A stretch of 64,000 nt of DNA from Guillardia theta CCMP2712. Lineage: Eukaryota > Protista > Cryptophyta. The stretch lies in the NCBI RefSeq assembly GCF_000315625.1, contig NW_005434667.1, forward strand, positions 859,061-923,060. Direction: 5' to 3'. Numbering within the stretch: the stretch's first letter is position 1; each line of letters begins with the position of its first letter. Under the pieces are notes generated by a model that was not told the origin of the DNA, did not search any database, and saw nothing but the letters and a program-made list of their open reading frames with translations. This document shows, piece after piece, positions 42,017 to 54,772 of this stretch. A program made the translations under genes and the position numbers.

Positions 42017-42724
42017 CTACCAAGCAAACAAAGGTGAAGGATCGTCCTGCCTCTCCGGCCTCTCCCAGGTGACCTCCTCCTCCGTGCTCGGTGACAGGAG
42101 GTACCCTCCTAGAGGGAATCCATCTTGCTCTTCCTCTTCGCCCCAGGGCCCCTCCGTCAGGTACACTCCCGGCATGCTGTCTGGGCTGACGAGCTCGTTC
42201 AATGTCCAGCAGCTCTGGGCCTCTGCTGCCTCTTCATCCCCCATCGCCCCGCTCCTCCGCCTCCGCCTCCGTCCGTCCAGACACGTCTGGCCTGACCTGA
42301 CGCATCGCCCGCAAGGCCTCTCGGCGTCGCACTTGAGTCGCGACCTCCTGCAGCGCTCGCACGCTTGGGTCACCTGCTCTCGCCTCCGCTGATACACCTG
42401 CAAGTCCACTCCCAGAGGAAGCCCCCCTTCCTCGTAGCACACGGACCCTGTCCGGCAGCAGCGTACGCAGGGCCGCGCTTCCCCGCAGCGGACTTTCTTG
42501 AGCTGGCAGCCCAGGCAGGCCTTGCTCGACCTGCGGCGAAGCCCACGTGATGCCGTTGGGGTCCCGAGCGCGGCATCACCAGCCTCTGGTCGAGAGCAGT
42601 CATCGCCGCGTCCGGCCTGGAGGCAGCGGGTGCAAGGAAGCTGCTCGTCACAGCGAGTCTTGCGGCGACGGCACTGGGTGCAGGCAGCGAAGGGGCGAGG
42701 AGGACTTGTTTGGGTACCCGCCAT
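42017..42724 (-). CDS. Triple Zn(II)2Cys6 (GAL4-like) binuclear-cluster transcription factor
   Basis: ACTQCRRRKTRCDEQLPCTRC, ACLGCQLKKVRCGEARPCVRC and ACERCRRSRLKCDAERPCGRC, followed by an acidic tail. Confidence 0.88.
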   Translation of the reverse strand: MAGTQTSPPRPFAACTQCRRRKTRCDEQLPCTRCLQAGRGDDCSRPEAGDAALGTPTASRGLRRRSSKACLGCQLKKVRCGEARPCVRCCRTGSVCYEEGGLPLGVDLQVYQRRREQVTQACERCRRSRLKCDAERPCGRCVRSGQTCLDGRRRRRRSGAMGDEEAAEAQSCWTLNELVSPDSMPGVYLTEGPWGEEEEQDGFPLGGYLLSPSTEEEVTWERPERQDDPSPLFAW

Positions 42725-42933
42725 CGTCGTGGATGGAGGAGAAGGTTTATCGGAGTTGAACAGTTTCCGATTCTCTATTACTGTTACTAGTCATCATGAT
42801 GACATCGTAGACCAACTCAGAAGTTCTTGAACACACGAGAAGTTCAGGGCGAGCACACTCATGGACTGGTATCTCCGAACCTTTCGGAGAATCAGGTCAC
42901 AGAGTCATGGATCGGGTAAATAACTCGAACCAT

Positions 42934-43150
42934 TTTTACTCAAAGTTAAGTTAAATCCCCACTAACTCGAACCTGTTCGGATTTAAGCGAAGTGCGCATC
43001 ACTTTTACTCAAAGTTAAGTTAAATCCCTACTAACTCGAACCCGTTCGGATTTAAGCGAAGTGCGCATAACTTTTACTCAAAGTTAAGTTAGATCATTAC
43101 TAGTTAGAACTGACCGTGGGACTATTTTGTCTCTTTTAACTTTGAGTAAA
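42934..43150. repeat. 69-bp tandem repeat (~2.3 copies) plus an inverted partial copy
   Basis: TTTTACTCAAAGTTAAGTTA at 42934, 43003 and 43072; TTAACTTTGAGTAAA at ~43136-43150. Confidence 0.9.
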
Positions 43151-43672
43151 GGAATTTTGTCTCTCGGAGCGGCAACAGATGTTGACGATCATCTTTCAGC
43201 ATAGTCGAGGGAAATCATGCACGAGCCTGAGCGAGAATCCCTCGCCGTGCATCATATTAGGGCTGTTGTGCCTGTTCCTCCTCGAGGTTCAGCTAATCGT
43301 ACCAGTACAGGACATACCCAGGGCCGTACCACCCATACTTTGCAAACACTGTCGCCCAACAGGGGTTGTAATACTGAGAGATCCAACAGACGTCAGAGCC
43401 CTTGCTGCCTTCGTGCCTCTAAGAGAACACCATAGCTACCCTGTCATAGTTACGTGATTCAGTGCTCTGAAATCGTGCCGCAAGGAGATCGGACACGCAA
43501 GGAGACACGCAAGGAATTGAGCTAGTACAGTGCTCATGTTGCCCAAGTTTCGAATCTCTTTATTCAGGCATTGAAGCGTTGAAGCATCGAGCATTAGAAC
43601 TGGTATTCATTCATCCTTGAAAGAAGCGGTCTGTTGATTACCTCACACACTTCACTCGAATGCACGGCACCT

Positions 43673-44359
43673 TCAAATAGTTTTGACAACGCTCATCGCT
43701 TTCTCTACTGCTTTCTCTTGCAAGCTCTTCTTCTTGCTCTTCAACTCTCTTGGCGATGGTGATCTGGCTGCAACGTTTTTGTAGAAGTCCGATTCCCCAG
43801 GTAAATTGTCGATCACTGATTGCGAATCCTCCGCGTGGAAGGACGAGGATGAGGACAGGACCGTTTCCTTGGAAGCATGAGTGTAGAAATCGGACTCGCC
43901 CGGCAGGTTTTCTACTCTCGACTGAGTGCTTGGCATCTCTGTATCCGAAATGTCCTCTGGGGTGCTAGCGCACATACCGCTGCCTTCATTCGGAACGCTA
44001 TCCTCACTCGGAGTTACGTCGTCTGAAGCACCCGCCAGTTTCGCTTCACAGTGCTTCAGATGGAGCCACTTGATGAAAGTAACAGATGTCCCTCTTCCCA
44101 CAGTCTGTGCATTCCAGCTATGCAAGGAAGAAGCATCGTCCATCGGGGAGGACTCCCGAGAGTCGTCATTTTCCATTTTCGGAGACCCATCCTGATTGCC
44201 TGCGTTGCTGCTCGGCTCGCCTGCGACAGCCGCATTGCTGTCCTCATTTTCTGAGCAAACCTGATGTATCCACTTGCTGTACAGGTCCGTCGTTATATTA
44301 CTATCTGAAAGTCGACTGCCATCGCCATCTTTTTTCGCACGTCGCTCTGTTCCCATCAT
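43673..44359 (-). CDS. Hypothetical Ser/Asp-rich host protein exon (internal repeat NLPGESDFY x2)
   Basis: 228-aa ORF; probably part of a spliced gene. Confidence 0.45.
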   Translation of the reverse strand: MMGTERRAKKDGDGSRLSDSNITTDLYSKWIHQVCSENEDSNAAVAGEPSSNAGNQDGSPKMENDDSRESSPMDDASSLHSWNAQTVGRGTSVTFIKWLHLKHCEAKLAGASDDVTPSEDSVPNEGSGMCASTPEDISDTEMPSTQSRVENLPGESDFYTHASKETVLSSSSSFHAEDSQSVIDNLPGESDFYKNVAARSPSPRELKSKKKSLQEKAVEKAMSVVKTI

Positions 44360-47300
44360 GGAGGGGTGAGGCTCAGGTACCTGTATATCAAGCTGGAGTG
44401 ATCTGCTGCAAGAGTACGCTGCTTCCCTGTGCTATGTTAGACTGCTTGCAAGTCGCTGTTGTCTGTTCTGCAGTTGAATATCTGTACAGTGCTGTGCGCT
44501 ATCACATTCACCCGTTCACTAGAGCGTCGGGGATTGTGGCGGAGATGCGGGGTTGTACAACCAGGGTGGTCTCGTTTCCTCTTGTGGTACCCCTCTCGTA
44601 TCTACCACCAGAAAGCGAGTGGGAAGGGGTAGGATAAACTGGTTTGGGGGTGGTCAGAATGAATGTAGGTTGGGGGCTACCCCATACCTCACGAATCCTG
44701 CGGGTTCTTTCATATGTCAGGACGTGGACCAGGACTCTCCCTCATGGTTGGGGGTACCTTCCAATACTTTGGGGTAGTGGGGTACTGTATTGAGGGTATT
44801 GATCCATGGGGGTGGATAAGTCAGGGGTGCTTGAGGGAACGGTGGGGTGCTCGAGTCTTAGATGAGGGTGGGTACCATCCTCTTTGGGGAATGTGGATGG
44901 AACGATCTTCGAACGCGGGCTGAATAAGAGGGGGTGGGGGTTATACATGAAGGGGTCCTGATCTATACCGACGGGGTGGTGAGACCATAAAGGGGTGGAA
45001 AAATAGCTCATAGTCTTATTCCTAGGACCACTACTATGCCATATACGTAGATTTCGGTCGATGGGGAGTACTTCCCCCTATGTTTCTGATATGACCTCCT
45101 ATGCATCTTTGCCACCCACCCTGGTTTCTCCACCCCACCGTTTGAAAAAACGAGGGGTGGACATCAAACCATCTTTGACCCTCATCCCCACATTCCCCCA
45201 ATGAATCAAACCGACGAATCCAGTATGATCCAAATCGGTTCGATGCAGCACGTCGGGCAAATTGATTTCAATCGGTTGGAGTCATTGATTTTTATCGATT
45301 GGGACATCGGGGCTCTGGGTCGGGATGGCGGGGAGGGGGAGCGGGGGAGCGGCAGCGGCATGCGGACTGCTGCTGCTCACGAACGCTTTGACCCTCCTAG
45401 CGCTCACCAGACTCAATGTTAAGTACAACCAGCTGCAGCATGACTGCCAGTCTCACATGAGGGACCAGGCAGTAGTGATCGGGAAAGCCATGGTGAGAGT
45501 GAGGGGGAGGGCGACGGGAGTATGGCGAGCAGTTGTTGACTTCATGATGCAGGAAGAGGCACAAATTGCAGAGTCCTCGATACAGACGTGTAGGAATCAA
45601 AGCAGGAACATTTGTCTAATCACATAATTTTCTGGACATGTGATATCTACAACAGGATCCTCTCTACCTCTGGCAGCACTTGGCTCACCATTGCGGTGGA
45701 TAGCTTTCAGGGATCAGCAGGAGGGCTCAGGGATGTTTTGAACAAAGTTCTCTTCGAGGCACCGCGCCGCAGCCTGCCGATTACAGGTTGTTTCCTCACT
45801 TATCAGTCGTAATCAGCTGAGGGGTACAAACAGGGGTCCACCTTGGAAACCTGAACCCGCAGAGTCGACAGACGGTTGAAATGTGGGATGCTGAGAACGG
45901 ACTCAAGTCCTGGCAAGAGAGCGGAAGGCTCTCCTTCTCCTACTTCTCCAGCGACAACGCCAAGGAGTACATGCATAAGGCAGAGGAGCAAGCCGCTACG
46001 TCGAAGCTCGCCGCGTCAGAGACTGTCAGGACGGTTAGGCTCGGCATGTTGTTGAAGGAGGTGCAAGGTAGCAGAAGAAAATGTCATGAGCTAGCGACAC
46101 TGTCTCACTGGTTGACGATCAGCAAGGTGCCAGCACGTCCTCCTGCTGGATCAGAGCGAGGGGCCGTCTGTCTGCCCCAACGCCCTTCATGTCATCCGGT
46201 AAGCACGGGAGGAGGTCGAGGGAGCAGGGAGGGATTGAGGCGTGTCTCTGCAGATATGCTGTCGCCAAGGCAGACAACTTCTGGGGGTCCTGGTCGATCT
46301 TGAGATTCTCCAGGGGGGTCAGCGGAATGCTGCTGCCGTGCGCTGAGCTCGAGCACCTTGGGGGCTTCGTGCTTGAGCAAGCTGGGGTGGCCTCGTTCGA
46401 GAACTTAGTGGACATGTGGTTCTCTAAGGTAGAGCAGCGTCAGAGCTGTATGATCCTCTGCCGTCATGGAGTGACGCTCCTCTCTAGGATGCTGGCAGCT
46501 ACCCGCAGCTGAAGAAGTGGCAGCCCCACCTTCCAGCTGGGCAGCAGCTGCTGTACCGGCACAACCTGATTCAGACGCAGGACCTTGCATGCGCGGCGCC
46601 GTTTGTGGTGAGAGGAGAGCTTGCGCGGAAGAGGAGGTGTAACGTTTCATTCGTTCTCAGCTTGCCAACACTCTCCTCAAGGACAACGCCTTCCATGGAG
46701 ACTGTGCTCAAGCAGGTTCAAATCAACTTGGCTCCCCCTCCTTGGGCAGGAGCTCATATGTGCGCAGCGGACTTCTCTCCTTGTCATGTCGTGCCTCCGG
46801 AGCCTTTCATGATTTTCCAGGTCCCTTCCTCGCTCTCTGTCCTCTGCCTTTCGTCTCCTCTCCCATCCTGCATTCCAATCTCTGGAATACATCTAAATTT
46901 CCCTCGTTCCTGTTCTCACCCGCGATGCTTTCCTTCAGAACGCAGGCGACAAAGCTTCTCATTCTTCGAGCTCCCCGTCTTCTGCGAAAGACTTTGCCAA
47001 CGTTCATGAGTTCGACAAGTTGCCGGATGAGCGACACCTTGTGTCTGGTGAGCTGGGGGTTGACTGCGAAACGACATGCGGGACGGTCTCGTTGGGTTGC
47101 CAGGTGAGAGGAGGAAGAGGAGGAGGAGCTTACGAGTAGTGAGGATAAGGCTGCAGGAAGATCTGCTGGACATAATCAACAACTGCGATGCTCTCAAGAT
47201 TGCCTTTCCGGGGCAGTGCAAGTCATGCTCGCAATCTGAGGGGAACGATCAACCGGGTGAGGGGGGAGGCCGAGGGAGAGATGGTGGAAGCAAGGGGAAA

Positions 47301-47695
47301 GTGTGAGGAGAAATTGAAGACAGGGACAGAGAGAGGAAGGGAGGGAGAGGGAGAGGGATAGGGCAGGAAAGGGAAGATATACAAGGGCAGGTGGTGGAAT
47401 GAGAAGAATTTGTCGACTGACTTTCAACCTTCCAGCCATCGACGTGGACGCGGGAATCTGTCTTACGAAGGCGGACAAGAAGGGCTTCACTTGCAAAGCC
47501 TCCCATCCTAAGGTGGACGCCTGTCTGACGAATGCTGGGCGGCTGACGTGGACAAATCCTGCAGACGCGAAGGGCCTGCGTGTGCGGAAAAGGCGATTGA
47601 TATTATCAATGTTACATCCTCCCGACCAATCCTCTCGAATCTATCATATCTACCTCCTCCACGCTCCCCGGCCTCTGCGCAGCTCAGCGATACCT

Positions 47696-50155
47696 TCACT
47701 TCCCCTCCTCGTCGGAACTTGCCCCGTCACCCTCCAACGGTTCTTCATCATAATCCTCACCTGCTCCAAGTTTGACCTCCCCACCTCTCCCTCCCCGTCG
47801 TCGTCTCGGTCGCTCACCTAGCACGAGGTCGTCGAGCAGGTGCTCCTCCAGCCCGGGGTCAACTTCCTCCCGATCCTCCTCCCGGGCGGGGGGGATCACA
47901 GAACCATCCTCCGTTACCCTCCACATCGTTGGGTCCTTGTAGAGGTTCAAGTTGCTGCGGTAGGAGGTGTCAGCACAGCAGCGCTCCTCCTGGTGCCCTC
48001 CTGCCTGCGGACGGTGGGATCGCTCTCGATGTCATTGAGGAACATCTCGTAGTCGTCGCGCGAGCTCTTCAAGCGCGACTGGTAGACTCCCTCCTCCTGC
48101 CGACCCACGTCACACGACACGGGCGGAGCAGGCACGCGCGTGCCTCCTCCTTGATCAGCGCCCTGAGTTTCCACGTCCTCTTCTTCCTCGTGGGCGGAAC
48201 CTGAGGGTTCCATCAGGCAGGAAGACGAGATGAAGGGAACTCCCACCTTCTTGACGATGAAGACTTCAGGTAGGACAAGCTTCGGCCAATCCTGCAGCTC
48301 GTTGTCGTTGAAGACGGCTGAAAGCAGCACCATCACGAGACAGAAACCAACCGGTAGGGCTCAGTACCATTGCTGAGGTCGTACCCCAAGACTGTATCTC
48401 CGGCCTGGTAGAAGTTATGAGCGAAAGGAGGAAATAGATGGAAAAAAGTAGGATGGAGTTTGTCTACGATGGTGTAATGGCGCCTACCTGTAGGATGGCA
48501 CCCAGGTGAGACAAGCAAGTGACTTGAATGTCATTAGATCCCAAATCCGACGCCTTTGCCAACGTGACTTCCGCCTGGTGACGGGGTGAGGACGAAGAGG
48601 AGGAGGAGGAGCAGCAGCAGCAGCAGCAGGGCAAACCTGCAGGAACTGTCCGACAGCGAGGCCGGTAGGATGGCAATCTATCACGATGTACTCTATCGCA
48701 TTCTTGATCGTTTGGAGCGCCTGTGAGGGAGCCCATGTCAAACGAAACAAGGTCGACGTGGCTGAGGCGATACATATCTAGGTTGTCTGAAGTAAACTTC
48801 CGATCGAAAGTCATGGATCTCCATCCTTTGCCAGTCCATCACCTACGAGCAATCAACGGGTGGGTCCTGCAAGTCACAACAGACCCTCAGGTTCGGCCCG
48901 ACTGAGACCACTACAACCAGGGGGCCAATACAGCCTGCGAGCTTGTCAAGAGTCGCGCGCTGACAAGGAGAATGACCTAGGTTGTTGTGCTGCTTTGGAT
49001 GAAGGCAGAAGATGTCGTCTTTGCAGAGAGGGATGATCTCGATGGGGATGGCTTGTTTCATTTTCGCCACGTTGTTCTTGAGGTCTTGCGACATCACTCG
49101 GTCCCCCCCTGCAATAGTAGTGAAGAGAAAATCATCTAAACCCTCCCCAGCTCTGCCCCCCTCCAATCCTCAACCCTCCGCACCTGCTTTGCGCCTGCTG
49201 GGGATGACTGAGGTAACAAACGCGCTGAACTTCGTCGCGTGCTTCAAGTTGGCAAAGTAGAAATCGATTCCTGCAGCACATGAATCCGAGGCAACTCACA
49301 ACCTTCACTCTAGTCACCGTCTGGGACTTCCTTCACGTTCAACGTCCTCTTGTGGGCCTTGTGCTTCAGGATCAGCTGCTCCAGCAGGTAAAAGGTCCTC
49401 TTGTTCTCAGCTCTTTGCCGGCATTGCACCACCACCAGCCACTCCTGCTTTGCCGCCACCTGCACACGTGGGCAAGCATTACAAACAGCAAAGTAATGTG
49501 ACAGTCAGCCGAGGAGCTCCCGGCCGCTCAGTTCTTCATCGGGACTCGCCTCGTGACAGTTGGGACACTGAAAGTTCTTCAAGACGATCTCCACGACAAC
49601 ATTCTGCTGCAAAAGGACGCCAGTGTAGACTTCTTTCTGCACGGTGATCTTCACCTGTACCATTCCTTCACTTCAAACAATCTCATCGTCGCAGCGTTGC
49701 CTTGAGCCGTTTGGAATGGGGCTCGGTCCAGATAAAACTTGCATCTGCTCGCCAGCCGTCAACTCAACAAGTTGGTGTGAAGTGACCGGCACAACCTATG
49801 AGCTTCACTTTATTCATCCCCTTGATGCGCTTCAGGCAAATGCTCAACAGCTCCTGCAGTGAAAGTGACGGAATGCCGAGGGGGTAGAGGCTGATATTCT
49901 CACCCTCGACTCAAGTTCGCAGCTCTTCCACATTTTGGGAGCGTCCAGGTATCGACCGCATGCCCGGCACCTCTGCAGCATCACAGATGTCGTGATCCCC
50001 TCGGATATGTCAACCCTCGACTTGAGGCAGTTGTGGCACATGGACGAAGCATTCCATGTCGTCGGCGTCCCACATTCACAGCACAAGAATCTTGTCGCAG
50101 CATATGTCGGGTTGGCCTGCATAAGCTCTGCCGTGGTGAGGGGAAGGTCGATCAT
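47696..50155 (-). CDS. NMD3: 60S ribosomal export adaptor NMD3 (multi-exon)
   Basis: CCECGTP...MCHNCLKSRVDISEGI...CRACGRYL..P..W..CELESR, followed by FIWTEPHSKRLK and KRTFYLLEQLILKH exons, and C-terminal DYEMFLNDIESD / MNLYK / LLDDL. Confidence 0.92.
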
Positions 50156-50759
50156 GTCCCTTGAGGGCTCCATGTTCCTGCAAGCAGCCCTCAACAACAA
50201 TGTCTTCCACCTTTACCCGATCTCTTGCTCCCTCTTGCTTCTTTTTCTTGACCCCTCTTGTTTCAATCCTCCGCTCAGTCTCTCCTTCCACATCGCTCTC
50301 CCCCATACCCATCCCCTGCTCTCCCCGTCATCCCCAATTTCGATCTCTCCCGTCTGCCTCCCCTCTACTCCCCTGCCTCCTGTTCTCTGTCTCTCTCTCC
50401 TCTCTCACGATCCTCTCACTTCTCCTCTCGCCCTCCACCTCTCCCCTCCTCTCTCCCCCCCCTCTCCCCTCCTCTCTCCCTCGCCTCTCACCTCTCGCCT
50501 CTCCCTCCTTCTAGCTCTCCCCTCCCCTCCCCTCCCCTCGTCCTCGACCAAGTTGCGACTCTCTGTGTTCATAGCACATTTTGTTGCGATTCACCTTGAC
50601 TTCATAAAGTTTGAAAGTTTGAGATTCGGAAAGTTTGGTTGTGGGTGATCGAAGTTCCCGCATTGCAAAGTTTCGAAGTTCGATGTACAAACATGCCTGA
50701 CGCCTGGCATCGAGTTTAGAGGAGGGAAGTGGCCGAGAACGACGTAGAAGTGGGGAGGA

Positions 50760-50978
50760 GAAGGAGCAGGAGATGGAGAAGGAGAAGGACAAGAAAATGG
50801 AGCGGGAGCAGGAGAAGGAGATGGGGCGGGAGAAGGAGCAGGAGCGGGAGAAGGAGCAGGAGCAGGAGCAGGAGCAGGAGATGGAGAAGGAGATGGAGCG
50901 GGAGAAGGAGAAGGAGATGGAGCGGGAGAGGGAGCAGGAGCAGGAGCAGGAGCAGGAGAGGGAGCAGGAGAGGGAGAG

Positions 50979-51009
<31 letters not shown>

Positions 51010-51011
51010 CA
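50760..51011. repeat. (GAGCAG/GAGAAG)n hexamer microsatellite
   Basis: Directly visible. Confidence 0.9.
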
Positions 51012-51069
51012 TCTAGGGTAAGACTCGATGTCATTGAGTAACTTACCTTCGTGATCTACAGGGTTCAAG

Positions 51070-52821
51070 ATGCGAGGGAATCTCCTTGGTGTGCTCTTGA
51101 TTCTCCAGGTCCATCCTTTCTTTGCCTTTCTTGGTGGAAACGCCCCTATGGTGAACCATCATGCCTTCACTCGCAAGACCAGCCGCTCCTTCTGCATGCA
51201 GGGACAGGATACCGAGCCCCAGAGAAAAGTAAGACATCCCTTTCCTCCCCTCCCTTTCCTCCCCTCCCTTTCCTCCCCTCCCTTTCCTCCCCTCCCTTTC
51301 CTCCCCTCCCCTTTCCTTCCCTCCCTATCCTGCTCTCTTTGCCAGCAAATCATTGCAATTCTCACTGCACTATTAGGTCTGGAGTGGACCGGGGAACCCT
51401 TTGAAGAAATCCTCGACGAAATCCCCTTCCTTCTCCGACGACTTGATCGAGGACCTCACCATGAAGCGCTTCGGCAACGGCTGGATCTTCTACGGGGAGC
51501 GAGAGACGACCAAGAACAAAGACTACGATGCACGTACGTGATCTGCTCTGGTCCTTGACGTGCCTGACCAAGAGTTGCCCGTCTGTGGTTACAGTGGCCA
51601 AAGAAGCCGAGGATCTGGTCAACCAGCGGGTGATCCGGCCTGACGCCGTGCTCGTCATCGGCTCCCTGAGCGTGACCGGGCAATGGATGACACTCAAGAC
51701 GATGGAGCAGGGGCTCAACGCTCGTATCCTGACCAAGGAGTTCGACAAGGCCGAAGACTGCTTTGGTACAGACGGTGCCAACCTCGACATCTACTACGGA
51801 GATGTCTTCGACGATGCGCAGCTCGAGAACGCGATGGAGGGCATAAAGGTGAAGTGCGATGGAGAAGTCAGGTGGAGTTACGGCAGGCGCAGGCTGTAAT
51901 CTACTGCGATTCGGGATCCCTCCCTTTCGGGGAGACTTCCTTTGAAAGACTGAGCAAGCAAGGGGTCGAGCGTGTAGTGGAGGTGAGCTGGGGCAAGCAG
52001 TGAACTTCAACCCCTGAGCTGCGTGTCAAGATGGCAAAAAGAATGCCAAATGTCAGGAGGATGGTCCTGATCTCTTCGGCTGGAGGTGAAGGTACGTGCG
52101 CACAGCCAACCGCTGCGGTGCTTGCTGAAACCTGGACAAGGCGTGTTCAGCAACCAGCAACTGGAAGCGCAACGGGCTGGTCAGCGACAGGGCAGTAAGT
52201 CGAACATCTGACATACTGGAACAGGCGAGGCGCTGCTGGAAAAAGCCGGGCTGTCATATCTCATCATTCGAGCTGGAAAGGTGAGTGAGGGGCCTGCTGG
52301 AAGGAGTATTGGTCCCCCTTGACTTCCTTGCAAGATGGAGAACAAACTCGGGGGGATGAAGAACATCGCGGTTTCCCCATGCAGCGCCCAGGAGATGCCG
52401 ACGAAGGCGACCATCACTCCCGCGGACGTTGCGGACGTTGCCATCACAGCTCTGATGATCGATGACGTCAGCTATCAATTCATCACTCCCTTCCTCCACG
52501 TTCCCATCTCCTCTTCTTGATCGCCTGGAGTCCTTTCCTGGCCCCACTGAGCTCTTGCAACCGTCTCACTTGCTGCAGGTCGTCTTCAAGGCGGACATGG
52601 CAGCAGCAGCCAAGGGTGAAGCCCCTCCTCGCCTACCCAGGTTTGTGACAGATTGCTGCTGCGATCGAAGTGAAGGACGCGAGCAGAGTCAGCAAAGGCC
52701 TGTCGATAGACGCCTGGTTGACGGAGGAGGAGGCAGAGCCGGATCAGGCAAGGACTTTGAGGTGGACTCATCGTACTGACAGTTTTGTGCAGTTCACACA
52801 TCTGCTGAAGGCACTGTCTAA
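51070..52821 (+). CDS. NAD(P)-binding Rossmann-fold (atypical SDR) protein with a probable bipartite plastid-targeting peptide (multi-exon)
   Basis: MRGNLLGVLLILQVHPFFA/F signal; AVLVIGSLSVTGQW, YYGDVFD, RMVLISSAG, GEALLEKAGLSYLIIRAG and ITPADVA. Confidence 0.75.
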
Positions 52822-52969
52822 GGCCTCCGGATGAAGTTGACTGCTCTCGTGCGAGAATTCAAGGTGGAAAACGAGGTCGTCGCAAACCCATGCGAGGTAT
52901 CGAGGAAGACACAATGTATATCCCTCGTCCAAAGAAACATTCTAGGATGCGACCTCACTGGCCCTGACT

Positions 52970-53144
52970 TCACTGTTGGAAACTGATCGAGTACCCTCCC
53001 TCCGCATTCTTCGTCGCCTGGAAACAAGGGACTTCAACAACATGATCCCGTCTGATTATCATGATCCCGTCTGATCATCATCATCATCATCATCATCATC
53101 ATCTCCATCGTCGTCGTCGTCGTCGTCGTAGTTGTCGTCATCGC

Positions 53145-53218
<74 letters not shown>

Positions 53219-54076
53219 CCTTAAAGTTGTCCAGACTCAGACCAAACTTCCCAAGGACCTGCTGGCCTTCAGATTGCCGGCACAGCATCGGAGGATCCCT
53301 CACCGTATTCCCCAAGTCCTTGAGCTTCCCCAGCATCTCCTCCTTCTGCCGCTCACGCTCCTGCGCTGCCACGTCAGCCATTCGAACTCGCTCCTCCTCC
53401 TCCTCTTCCTCCTCCTCCTCCTCCTCCTCCTCCTCCTCCTCCTCCTCCCACCTCGTTCGCAGGCTTCTCGAGCCTCGCGCTTCCCGAGAGCGCAAGTCTG
53501 CCACATCGCGATCAGAGGCATAGAAGAAGCATGCAAGAGAGGGGCTACTGGTTGGAGGGATCTAGCTTCAGTATCTTCTGATAGTCGTCAAAAGCTTCAC
53601 ACACTTTCTTCTCCGTCTCGTACGACTGACTTGAAGTTGAGGAGAACGTCACAAACAGCAAGGAACGCACCTGAGCCCTCCGTAACAAACATTTGGTGTA
53701 ATCGGGGTCGATCTTGAGCGCCGAGGTACAGTCCTTGATTACCTCGTCATGTTTGCCCATCTTGAAGTAACATGTAGCTCTGTTGTTGTAGAATACAGCT
53801 TTCTCCTTCTCCCCTTCCGGCGCGGTCTCGATCGCTTCCGTGTACATGGCGACCGCGTTGTCATAATCATATGCAGCAAAATATTTATTCCCGTCCTCTT
53901 TCAGGCTCCGGGCGCGCTGTAGGGCTTCCTGTTTCGCAGCTTTCTCTTCTTCAGTCTCTTCCCTTTCCCCCTCCTTCTCATCATCCTTCTCTTCGCTTCT
54001 CGTCGGTGGCTCTCGGAACACCGGCGGAGGATATTCAGGGGGGTCCTCTAAGTTCAACTCTTCAATCTGAGGCATC
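52970..54076 (-). CDS. TTC1: Tetratricopeptide repeat protein 1-like (multi-exon)
   Basis: LKEDGNKYF..YTEAI..FYNNRATC..DCTSALKIDPDYTKCLLRRA TPR motifs; EEMLGKLKDLGNT/VLGKFGLSLDNFK and terminal GYSISFQQ. Confidence 0.85.
53075..53218. repeat. (CAT)n/(CGT)n intronic microsatellite
   Basis: Directly visible. Confidence 0.95.
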
Positions 54077-54609
54077 TGTGACAATCACGAGTCAGCATGA
54101 CTGGAGCTACAATCATCTATCATCAAGGAACATGTCTCAAACTCCCTCAATCATCCATGTTATCCCCATCCATCTCGCACGTCCAGTCCTTGTCAGTCCT
54201 TCCCTCGCACTTGACCTGCTGTACGTTTCCTCCTCTCTTCCAGCTGCTCTCCTACCGTCTTGCCTCTCGTCTGCTACAGTAACTACTGTGCTTCCTGCTC
54301 ACTTCTGCTCTGCTATCTCCTCCCTTCCTCTCCTTCCCTTCCCCTCTCCTCCGGCTGGTCTCGCTAGTGGTGCATTTTGCAAGAACTTCCACAAGATAAA
54401 AAGATATTTTAGTTTTGCTATGAGGATTCGCTTTGACACACCCCACGGTACTGAATGGAATCTAAAATTTGTACTTAGATTTATAAATTAATTTAACATA
54501 TAGAAGTAAATGAGTTTTAAAAATGTATACAGTATTGTAAACTATCCTGTCCGTACATAAGAATACGGAAATAGTCATTTTAAAATCGTCTGCCCGACAC
54601 GGGAGGGGA

Positions 54610-54671
<62 letters not shown>

Positions 54672-54772
54672 CCGCAGAACTGGGGAAGGCTGTGTTGGGA
54701 GCAGGACAGCAAGAGTGAGTTCAAGAGGGACAAGAGATCTTGAAGTCCGGAGCTGAGCACCTGCACCTGGTG

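Noticed and set aside
42934-43092. CRISPR-like appearance of regularly spaced TTTTACTCAAAGTTAAGTTA
   Set aside because: The intervening sequences are near-identical rather than unique spacers, and there are no cas genes. This is a simple tandem repeat.
45325-47650. Plus-strand exon-like fragments of one or two host genes
   Set aside because: Probably coding, but neither product nor structure could be supported by eye.
50511-51068. Several ORFs (poly-SC, poly-AP, poly-L, poly-EQ)
   Set aside because: Translations of a hexamer microsatellite between divergent genes.
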